Part shown: positions 1 to 11,200 of the stretch, piece after piece
Layout: each line of letters starts with the position of its first letter
Position numbering within the stretch: the first letter of the stretch is position 1
NCBI GenBank assembly: GCA_051294375.1
Contig: CM119271.1
Coordinates: 7,069,632 to 7,133,631 of the forward strand
Length of the DNA: 64,000 nucleotides
DNA from: Paraspadella gotoi
Taxonomy: Eukaryota > Animalia > Chaetognatha
Direction of reading: 5' to 3'
Position numbers and translations under genes: made by a program
Notes under the pieces: generated by a model
The model's database searches: none
What the model was told of the DNA's origin: nothing
Seen by the model: only the letters and a program-made list of their open reading frames with translations

Positions 1-387
1 CGAGTCCTGAGTAAGGATAAAACCAAATGAGAACGCAAAAGACAATTATTTCAGGACGTCTGCGTCTGCTACTGTGTCCCGCTTTAAATCGGCACAACTC
101 GAAATCAGAGATCCAAGGGCATCGCCTCTGGTTTGGCTGGAGGCGGAGATTCAGGCTGCAACATCCAAAATATCTTGTAACAAAGATAAGAAAATGTCAG
201 CGCCCCAGAAACTGTATTTAACGTCACCATGACTAAAATGCTGTCGCTTAAGTCAACGAAAAATGCCGATGGGAGAGAGAATATAAAGGGGGCGACGACG
301 ATCTGTAGCTAGCTTCATGGAGGTTATGAAAATACTAACTTCTTTAAAATTTATTTACTTGAATAAAGAAACAAGTTAGATACTTAC

Positions 388-3300
388 CGTTAGCAAGGAT
401 CGGTCTGTCTTGATTAAGGTAAGCTGGTGAACAAGATCTGGAACGGGGTTGGCTGAGAGGCGAAGATGATCGGCTAAGGATGTTGGGGGAGGAAGGAACG
501 GGCGACCCAAAGTCCGAATCGCGGTCGGTGCTTCCGCTCGCGCTGCCCCAAATTCCTGAATTGGACAGGTCGACCTTTTTGTATCGAGAGTTGCAACTAA
601 CAAGTTATTTTTACACTTAAAGTTAAACATACAGTGCGTCCCACTGGTACTGTCGGTTAATAAAAGCTTACAGTATTTATTTTTAATAGAATTATCTACT
701 TACCTCTTTTATATATTATTTTGATTGATTTATTAACAATTCGTTGAATAAATAGCTAATTTTTGTTCGGGCTTGATAATTCAGTCAATCACAATTCAAA
801 ATAATATTTAAATATAAAATGAATTAGGGCAAAATTTTACTTCATCAGTGGGCATTGGTGCCGGAGGCAAGTCATTCGCCTCTCAACCCAAAGGTCTGGG
901 GTTCTAGCCCGGTGGCCGCCTAGCAGTTAAGAGGGACGGGGCGCTTAACCCGCCTGTAACACGGTGTTACAGCCTGATCCGAAGCTCAGGGACTGCTTAT
1001 ATTGAACGGTTCTGTCACTAACACAACAATAATTACTGTCTCTTCAAACCATTTAAAAATACTTATTCCAAAAAAAATTATTACCTAATTACCTTAACCC
1101 TAACCACCCCTAACCCTAAAACAACCCCTAACCCCGGTCGGCGAAAATAAAATTAACCCTTAAATTAAGGGGTAGCCGCACTCAATGGAGTGAGTACATG
1201 TTCAAACGAAAATTTATTCATTTTTAGGTATACTTTTAATGGACAAAAAATTTCTAATATGGCTCTATACCCTAGTAATTAAATTTTTAATATTTATTTA
1301 TAGATAGAAAAGGCCAAAAATTGTTTTAAGAAATTTTAAAACCAGATTCAGTTGGCTTATAAAAAGTTGTTTACACAAAGTATAATTCTTTTTTAAATAA
1401 TTTTATAATAAGTAGATTAAAAATAAGAAAAACACGAAAAAATCATCATCATCATCATCTTTCAATGATTTTATCAGTTTTTTTAGTTCTTCACTGAGAA
1501 AAAATAAGAATTTTTTAAAGCTGTAATTATATTTCTAGTTTATCAAAAAATTTTAAGATTTAAAATTTTTTTTCTCTATATAGTGATATAATAATTTTAA
1601 TTAGGCGAGTACCCTCAAAAGAAAGCATTTTTAACAAAAAATATTTTAATACTAGAATCTAAGCTCATGATACATTATTTTAACGCTGTATACATTAGCA
1701 TTTAAATTCCATTGGCTATGGCTTAATTGGTTCATTTTTATTAAAATTTAATTAAAAATATATTATCACAATTATAAGAAGTTATCTTTGACATCGTTGT
1801 CTCGGAAAAAAATATTTAACACAGTTCCCCACGATATATAAAAGTAAACTGACAGTACCATTGGGAATCACGCTAAATTGGATTTTTTATGAAGACCACA
1901 ACTGATCGCGATTTGTACCTTCTCGTTTTTCGTTTTTTTTTTATATGAAATTGATACAACCAATACAAAAATTACCCATTCATTTAATAAATAAGCCTTC
2001 TTGCCGCTGACTTTGGTGGTTTAAGGCCTCCATCAATCTTACAAAATAATGACATAGCAGGTCCCAGCATGCTTTCAATCAAGACACTCACAGAGTTCCA
2101 GGCTTCACTATCTAATCTTTTATATTATAATAACTACAATTTTCAGGTTATGAGCGAAGAAAATAACATTTTCACTAATCTTGGTACAAGAAAATTGTTA
2201 ATACGGAACTTCGACCTACAATCGACTTCAGAGGCTTTTGAAGCACCAAGCATTTTTGGCATTCGTAATAGATGAAGCGAGTTTGTTGACTTCCATGTTA
2301 TAACAACCAGTTTTAGCTAGATATAAACTGATTAAATTCAACTAAATCTACTTAAAGTGATTTCAATTAAAAGAAATGGTTCAAACAAATTTTTATTTAA
2401 TTTTCAAATTGCCAACCAAGACGTAAGAAATGATTTGCTAATTCGAAATTTCTAATTTCAGTTGTGAGCACATAGCTAACCGAAACGAAAAGAAAAACAA
2501 ATGCTACTTTGAAACTGAAAACGGACATTATAAAATGTCAAATTGAATACAACGTGATATTTCGAAAGTAATTGGTTCTGATGATAACCAACTTATTAAC
2601 AAATTGTCAAACAAAGCTTTCCGATAACCTTAGTTTTTTTTGTTTTTTTTTTTAAATCGGATAAAAAAAAATTTCATTTCAGAATTTAAGCCAATCTTCG
2701 AGAACAGAAATGTTGACGGGACTAACAACATCTTAATTGTTATTAAAAAAGAAAAAAATCGTATTTCGGGTTTTTTTTTTTAACCTGTCCAACTATGCTT
2801 TCAAAACCGTTGAAATTAATATGATATCAAACTATATACTACGTCCTTGAAAAATACTAGAGAAAACTTAATTTATAAATATAAAAACAAAAAAATTAAA
2901 ATCTTAATACTATCTCAAAAATTTTAAAAATTAATACTATCTCTTTAAAATACTACTTTTTAGCTGATATCACCTTTTAAAACTTTATTATATATAAATA
3001 TTGCACGTCCCGGATTGCGTCTACATTTCACTGCTCCGTGCCGGAAGGACCGCCGTGGGGTCCAGCGTGCCCATTAGATCCGGGGAAACCATTAGCAGGG
3101 GCAAACCCGTTATTATCGGTGTACCCGTTAGTATCGGCGTACCCGTTAGGAGCAGCATAGCCGTTAGGAGCAGCATAGCCGTTAGGAGCAGCATAGCCGT
3201 TAGGAGCAGCATAGCCGTTAGGAGCAGCATAGACATTAGGAGCAGCATAGCCATTAGGAGCAGCATAGCCATTAGGAGCAGCATAGCCATTAGGAGCAGC

Positions 3301-5190
3301 ATAGCCGTGAGGAGCAGCGTAGCCGTGATGAGCGGCATAGCCGTGATGAGCGGCATAGCCGTGAGGAGCGGCATAGCCGTGATGAGCGGCATAGCCGTGA
3401 TGAGCGGCATAGCCGTGAGGTGCTGCAAACCCGTTAGTCGCGTCAAAGCCATTAGTCGCAGCAAAGACATTATTAGCGGCGGCACCCGCGGGAGAAAACT
3501 GAGGAACTGGTCCCAGTAAGCCTGGCTGATTGTTGGTCTCTTGAGACGTCGTCGGAGCCATGTAGTATGCGGGGGGCGTCACAGTAACGGACGTCGGGCC
3601 GGGGGCCGCCACGGTGACGGCCGACGGGGAAAGAGCCGTCGAATTCGGGTTCATATGCGACGCGGCAGCCGAGGAAGCGGTCGCCAAAGCCAAAGGATTG
3701 GCCTGCGAATACGCGCCGAGATTCTGGACGGGTGGAAAAGGCGGCATGGCATGCACGTTTTGAAAGGATTGAACCGTGGCCAGCCCGTTCATTGCAGGCA
3801 TCGGTAATGCCTGGGCCGTGTGCAGCGGTTGCATCGGAAGTTGAAGCGCCTGAAGGTGCGCCATGAGCGGATCCGTGGAAGGATAGCCGTTGAACGGATA
3901 ATTGATGGGCGTGGCTCCATATGGGGGATAGGCCTGGAGCACACGCTGGTGAGCAGCGACCACGTTTTGGACAAACGCCAACGGATATTGAGCGGCGGTC
4001 AGCATCTGCATGTTAAAAGTCGAACTTCCCTTGGAGCCGTTGTTTGGAGCTTCTTGGTACCTTCTCGCGGGACGCCCGTTGGCCGCTTCCTCCTTCTCCT
4101 TTTGCAGCACGTGCTTGGGCAAGCTCTTGCGGCACTCAACCTTCTTGTTCCGGATGAACTGATTTGGATAAGCACATGCTAATTCAGCAAGGAATGGATG
4201 GCAGAAAGTGACGAAGCCAAAGCCGCGGCTGCGGTTCGTCGTGGAATCCATCATCACCATCCCCGATTCGATAGGACCAAAAACCTTAAAGTGCGCGAAG
4301 AGGTCATTCTGGTCCGCGTCCGCCGGAAGTCCTCCGACGAAAATCTTCTTGGCGCTTTGGTTGAGAGGACCGACCTTGGTCATATGGTGAGGCAGAGCTT
4401 CCTTGCAGTCGAGGAGCTTACCGTCGACGTTATAAGGCCCACCGGCGAGGACCATCTGGGCAGCTTGCGGAGTGGCGAAAGTAATGAAGGCGAAACCGCG
4501 GGATCGATTCGTCAGCGTGTCGGTCTTGATGAAACACTCCTTCACTTCACCGCCGATGCGGGTGAAGTAAGCACGCAGGTCATCGGGAGACGTCGTTTGG
4601 CTCAACCCACCTACGAAGATCTTGCAATTGCAGGCTGCTAGTTCTGCGTCCGTCGGCGCCATTGCAAGAGGATTGCCAGCCACGTTGATTACGTTCGGAT
4701 TCGGATGAGCCATTTGATTCGCCACTTGGTTCGCGACAACGGAGGCGTTATAATAGAGGGCGTTGAGGTAAGCGGCGTTTAAATGGGCGGCGTAGGCGGC
4801 GTCCAAATAGGCGGCGTAGGCTGCGTTGGCCTCCTCAGTGTCGAACGGCAACGGCGCGTTTTGGTTTATTTGGTTGTTCGATGAATCACCAGCGCTCATC
4901 TTAGGGAGAGATGCTCCAAGTTAGGATCAGAACTTGGAGGTAATTTTGATGGTAAACTGATAAATTGTTACTTTCTTGTTTGATTGACAAAATTAGGAGC
5001 GAAAGAGTGGAATCGGTTTTTTTCCCCCAAAGAATGGATTCAGTTCGACGAGTGCCTCTCTTAAATGCGATCGACTCGATCTCGAAACTCGGCATCGAAG
5101 CCAGTAACCGCCGTTCGGCGACGGCGCAGATACGAACGGTGGTCAGTTTGACCGATCAACGTCGCACGAAAAGTGAGTTTCGGAGCGATC

Positions 5191-5227
<37 letters not shown>

Positions 5228-8200
5228 CAACGCGTTGAGAGAAGCCTATTCGGGTCACGAAAGGTTCTTTGTTACTCTGGTAGAACTTCCAATGGTCAAT
5301 CGCAAAATACACAGTTTTAACCGTGAAGATGGAAATAAAACTATTTGGTAATTAACCATATTTCATACTTTGAGATATAGATTTTTCTGTTTTATTTATT
5401 TTGAATCAAAAGTTATATTTAACCGTTTTCTTAATTTGTTCAAAAACTGTTAAATTATAAAAAGGAATGAAATTTTTCACCTCAACTTTTTTTAAACACA
5501 CACTGTAAAAGGGAGCCAGTGAGTCGACGTCCGCAGAGCCCAGATCAAAATCAAAATCCTGTTTTCTGACTGAACTACTTGTCCCAATGAGGATTGTGGT
5601 TAAATGGTGACCGAGGGATATGGATTGGGCCATGGCTGCGAGACAGGACGGAGCCTGGTAGAAAAAAAAAAAAAAAAGAAAAAAACCCAAAATCACAGGA
5701 AACGCGAGCTCCTCAAATTTGGGCCAACAAAAACCCCTACTATTGTTTTAAAGACGGAGAAGAATTCGAGGACATGGTTTTGTGAATTCAGGCTTCAGGC
5801 AGGGGGGGGGCGGTAAAAGAGCAGCTGGACAAAAATAAAATCAAGGCAAAAGACAAATACTAGATGAAATTAATTCGGCAACAAACAGTTACACCTAAAC
5901 TAATATACTTTATGTAAAGTTTAATAAGTTTCACCTTAAAAAATAATAACTCACCTAAAAGTTTCGTCCTGAGCATCTCAAGGTTCGTATTCCTGGCTGT
6001 GGATGGAACGCCCTGGCAGGTGACGTCCGCAACGTAGTCAGGTTGAAGGTAAGTGCTGAGGTGCGTTGGGGAAGTCGGCCGGAAGTCGGACGCGTTCGGA
6101 CGAGACACGCCCACCGATGACGGCGAAGGAACTGAAATTTATAGGAGAATAGATTTTCCCCGATTTGTAATTTCTTTCTCTCTCNNNNNNNNNNTCTCTC
6201 TCTCCAAAAGATGCACGTTTAACGTTGAGTGTTCTCGGCTAATATCAGTAACAATAAATCCGCAACAATTGTTTCGTTCATTTAATTTTTATAGGATAAA
6301 CCTCGTAGCTCGCTTACGGAGAGACGAAGAGGAGCTCTGATTCAAGAAGGCGACGCCGTTAGGTTCGACGGGGCGATGGAACGGAGCGGCGTTTGTTTCC
6401 GGCGCTTTGGCTCCTCGGCGCGTCGACGGCAGGGCAGGGGCTATGGTGACGGCGTGCGAGGAAGGCGCCGCTATCGGCGGGGCAGCGCCGGTAGGCGTTG
6501 CGTCGTTAGCAGCGGCGCTCAAGTCAACGATGGTATTGCTGCTGCTGACGGGAGAGGGTCGGCCATTCGGGAGACCCGCGGCGGCGGTTCCATCCTTCGT
6601 TGGCGATTGGCGCCCTTTGACGAGCGACTCCGGGAGATCGGATTCGCTAGAGGGAGGAGACGATCGTTCTCGTTTCCCCGGCGACGCCGCGTTGCAGCCA
6701 GATCCACCGCTGCCGCTTCGGACCATATTGTGAAAGGCAGAGGCGCCTCCGACGCCAATAGGCCCATTGGCCTTAGGATTGGCCGGGCCGTTCGACAAAC
6801 AGTTCGACGGACCGTTGGAGGTGCCGCTCGATTGGGCGCGCGCCTCCTCTTCGTCCTCGGAAAAAATGTTCGGGTTGAAAGCGGGATCGCGATCGGGTTC
6901 CAAGTCATTGCGAAGTTCAGTGATTATGACGGTCATCTGGCGAGGCTGTATTAGAAGAGAAATGTTTCTTTATTATTAGAGCCAAACTTTGTCAATGGGG
7001 TGGGTCAGAAGTTTGATTTGGGAACCTTCCCAAATGGAACTTCATACATTTCTGAGAAAACTTTCAATGGACCAAAATTTTCTAAAATGGCGAGAAGTAA
7101 TTAATTTTTGAATATTTTTTTATAAATAGGAAAAATTTTTTTGGAATTTTTTGTTTTTAAAAACATATTCAGATAGCTTATAAAAGGTTGTCTACACAAA
7201 GTGTAATTATTCTTTCAATCTTTTGATGATAAGTAGGTTAAAATTGGGAATAACCTGAATAAATCATCCTCATCATCATCACCCGATGATTTTAGTAGTC
7301 TTAATTACATTTTTTGCCTAACTTTTTGAGCTCTAACAGAATCTTAAAAAAATTCTTAAAAAAAAACAAACAAAAACCTAAAATATCAACAAAAAAAATT
7401 TTTACATTATATAGCAAAATAATAATTTTAATTAGCGAATTACTAATGGTTCGGAACATTTTTGCAAAAAAATATTTTAACACTAACTAATACCAATAAT
7501 GTTTTCGTTCAATACTGTTCCCATTAAAATTTGAATTTGGTCGGCTACCGCTACTATTTGATATCAAGGATCTAATAACGCAATCCGCCTCAATCATGAG
7601 CCCTAAAAAAAAAAAAAAAAATTCCTGCCTGCAAATGCAGCAAGGACGTTTTGTAATTGATGTTGCCAAGGTTGGAAGGCAGAAAGGCAGCGAGGCCGTG
7701 GATTTTGAACTTTGTGCCCCAGATGTTTGAAGTCACGTGGACGAGTTTCCCGGCGACGCGACTCGTTTCCTTGACGACGTCGCTTCCGCCGCCGAGAGAA
7801 GATTCACCGGACGGTCGAGGCGAGGACGGTGGCACAGGCGACGACCTAAGCGCCGAGAATCGACCAAGATTTAATTTTCTATTCTATTTAATTATAAACG
7901 CTAATTATTAGCGACAATTATAGACGTAAATACTACAGTATAGCATATACACATTATACACATTATACAGTCCTGTGCAAAAAAAAGGACACCCAAAAAC
8001 ATTATGAAAATAAATCAAGTTAGATTCCTTTAAAATAAAAGATATTAAAAGTGAATATTCATGAAAACAAGAACTATTGCAAGAATATCAGAGCAGAAGA
8101 AAATTAAGTTATTTTTAACCTATTATATTTAAGGCGCTGTAGCTCAAGAATGACTGGACTGGATCTGAAAAAAAAAACTTTTTCATTAGCAATGAAAAAG

Positions 8201-11200
8201 TTTTTTTTGTTGTCATTTTCAAATAAACTGATCAGCAGACGCAGAAAAATTCTATTTTGCGATTGTCAATTAAAAAAAAAATAAAGTACCGAGGAAAATT
8301 AAAGTTAGTTTCTGAAAAAAAAAAAAACAAAAAAAACACACATTTTTCATTGTCAAAAAATAAACTGATCGGCAGACGCAGCCCCTGAGAAAAAAAACGA
8401 AATAAAAACCCGATGTTGCGATAGCAAAATGATAACATGCACGAATGCGATGAGAGACAGAGAGAGAGAGAGGAGCCAAATCGTTTTCGGACAATCAGCA
8501 GCGGCAGCAGCAGAGGCAGCCAAACAAAAAGAAAGAAATCAAAAGGCAGCAGCAGAAGAAAAGAGAGAAAAAGAAAGAGCCCCTGAAGAGCCAGCTGCAG
8601 ACTCGTTTTTTTCCCGATGAATAAGTACTGGGGAAAAGAGAGAGAGCTACATATAATTAAAGGGGAAAAGAGAGAGAGAAGGAGACATATTTGTTTGTTT
8701 TGATAAAACGTAAACAAAACATATTTAATAACTGTCCTGACCCAATTTTAAGGACATCAATGATGAGAAGCTGTATATAAATTTTTAGCTTCATAAACCC
8801 AAATTTAATCATAAAAAAAAACGATCTATAATTTGCAACCCCTGAAGACGACGCCACTTATGTGTAAAACCACAGCAAAAAAAAAATATATAAATATAAT
8901 ACATATAAATTAAGGCTAAAAAGTTTCTTTGGTTTTTGGCAGATCTTCAAAAATATTTTTTTTTGTAGTGATTAAAATGACGAATGTTTCAGGATCAATT
9001 TTCTTTTAACTTACACATGGATTTCTTATTTCAAAATCTATATTTATCGTTTATAATTTTTAATAATATGTGCGTAAAATGAGCGCAACTTAAGTGCGAA
9101 GAGTCCTCTTTTTTCTTGCACAGGACTGTAGTTAACATAACAGATAACCGTTTCAGGCATCGATTCAATAATGATTTATGTCTAAAGATATCCACCTAAA
9201 TTGTTGTAATAAATTTATTTTCCCCTTCATACCTCCCGCTGTTGGGGTTGCTTTGGGAATTAGCGCTAAGAAGATGAGATCTTTGGTTGGATGAAAGGTT
9301 CGGGCATTGAGACGAATACGCTGCGGCTGGGGAAGCGGCAGTGGCAACGCTGGAAGTACTGGCAGTGGCGCCATCGTTAACGAGGTCGTTAGCGGCGCCA
9401 ACGGACGTGGCGCCCGGCGAGGCCGAACCGTTGACTAAACCGGCGCCGGCCGCTTTGGCGGCTTTGGCTCTTTTGGCTCCGCGACTCAATCGTCGCCTGA
9501 GAGAAAAAAATCGTCCCTCGCGTTTCAATGATAAGACCGAATAGCGAAGAAACCGTTTATAACGAGAATCCGCTCAGTCTCACCTCCTGCCCCGTCGGGG
9601 GTTGGGAGATCCAGACCCCCAGGCCTCCGGTTGGGGTTCGTATTCGTCGTCAGAGTCGGAAATCTCCGTGCTGGAGAAGTTTCCCGCCTCGGCGCTGCTT
9701 CCGCCTTGGTTCTCTTCATCGACTAAAAATCGAGAAAATAATCGAGTAACGGAAGGAAAAAGCCGATTTCGTTACATCCTCTCGAATCGCGTTTACCGCT
9801 CTTGATTTTGGCCGAGGAGATGGTCTTGGGGTCGTAAACGACGAACTCGGGTTTGATCCGCGAGATTCTCTTTCCTTTCAGGAGAGGGACCAGTCCGCCA
9901 AGATACTCGAGGTAGAGGGTGAAGCAAGAATCCGACGAGCTCAACTCGTCACCTGGACGGACCAAGCGACGAGTTTACATTATTTTAAATTAATAGTATT
10001 TTTTCACTCAAATTTGGAAGATTTTTAAGTTAATTCAATAACTAAAACGTTATTTAAAATAAGGCAATGAGACTCAATCTCAATCTTACTCTTTTTTTTT
10101 AGTTCCTCGGCAAAGGAAAATTTGAAGCCTCCCATAAATCCCCCTACCAGTTCTGATCATAGTGCAGTGAAGTCGTTCGTGGTTTGGCGGCGCCGTCGAT
10201 ACGAACTCCCTCAACCGGTGCGGGTCAGGGATGTAGCCGCGGATGGTGGGAGAGAAGAGCGCCAGCACGGCGTTCTTCAGCCGCGTCGGGAGCGGAAGCT
10301 GGCCGACGCTCTCCTCGTGAACGTGCAACTTTGTTTCGAATGGGCGGAGGGGAGACGAGAGAAATAAAATTATCTTTCCCCGTGTTTTTTTTTTTTTTTG
10401 TACCTGGCGTTTTCTCTCACCTGAATCGTACGCCTACACATTAGTTGCAGAGTGGCGATCTTCCGAGTCACCCATGCCACATGGATGTGCGTGCCCGCGG
10501 CGACGAAGAGGCGCTTGTCGTTGTGACCCCAAGTGAGCGCCGTTATCGGCTTCACTTGATTCTTGATTTCTGTAAGTCGACGAGGAAAGACAATTTCAAT
10601 CGCCATCTTCGTCAATGACGTTAGCGTGACGACTGAACGAGCAACTCCTCCCCCCCCTCCCAGGCCCCCCCCCTTGTTTCAACTGTCGTAAATCTCGAAC
10701 CTATAGAATATCTGAGATGACCCCGCGACGAATAAAATTTAACAAAGTTTTTGCATTCGAGGTTCGGTTGGCGGACGAAACCTCCGAGCGCCAGGATCTC
10801 GCCGTTGTTGGACCAATCCATGTGGAGATGGTGGAGGCCGGCGTGAATAACTGAAAGATTCGATCGAATTCCGTATTTCGTGTAAAATCCAACCATTTCT
10901 CACAAAATCCGTTAATTCAGGGAAATGCTTTTAAAGTATTGGATCTGGCATATAAACGATAAAAGATACTTTGTCCGAAGAGAACAGTCGAATTCAACCA
11001 GCCCAGAACCCATTCCATCCCTGAACAACCCCATACCGATGGGACAGACGTCGTCGTAGTTCTTCATGATGTAAACGGCGCCGAACTTGAGGCAAACGGC
11101 CAACGAGTAACTCTTGTCGGCGCCGGAACCCGCTACGCCCCCGCGCTTCGGAGGGATCATGTCACGATCCTCGCTATCGGTCTCGTCCATGTTAAAGTGC

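Larger units (their letters stand above)
632..1873. mobile_element. Degenerate Tc1/mariner-like non-autonomous element (MITE)
   Basis: Left end TA|CAGTGCGTCCCACTGGTACTGTCGGTT. Right end reverse-complements to TA|GCGTGATTCCCAATGGTACTGTCAGTT. Both share the core TCCCAnTGGTACTGTCnGTT and are flanked by TA. No transposase ORF. Confidence 0.6.

Noticed and set aside
376-630. 84-aa ORF as an independent gene
   Set aside because: Better explained as a TULP4 exon read in a different frame with proper splice sites.
850-920. Second tRNA gene
   Set aside because: The A/B boxes are degenerate and no acceptor or anticodon stems form; treated as a SINE head.
3130-3420. CRISPR-like regular repeats
   Set aside because: The units are directly tandem with no unique spacers, lie in a eukaryotic CDS, and no cas genes are present.
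3001-3519. Antisense and alternate-frame ORFs (SSIAVR / TAMLLL repeats) over the hexapeptide array
   Set aside because: They are stop-free only because the 18-bp repeat lacks stops in those frames; there is no independent coding evidence.
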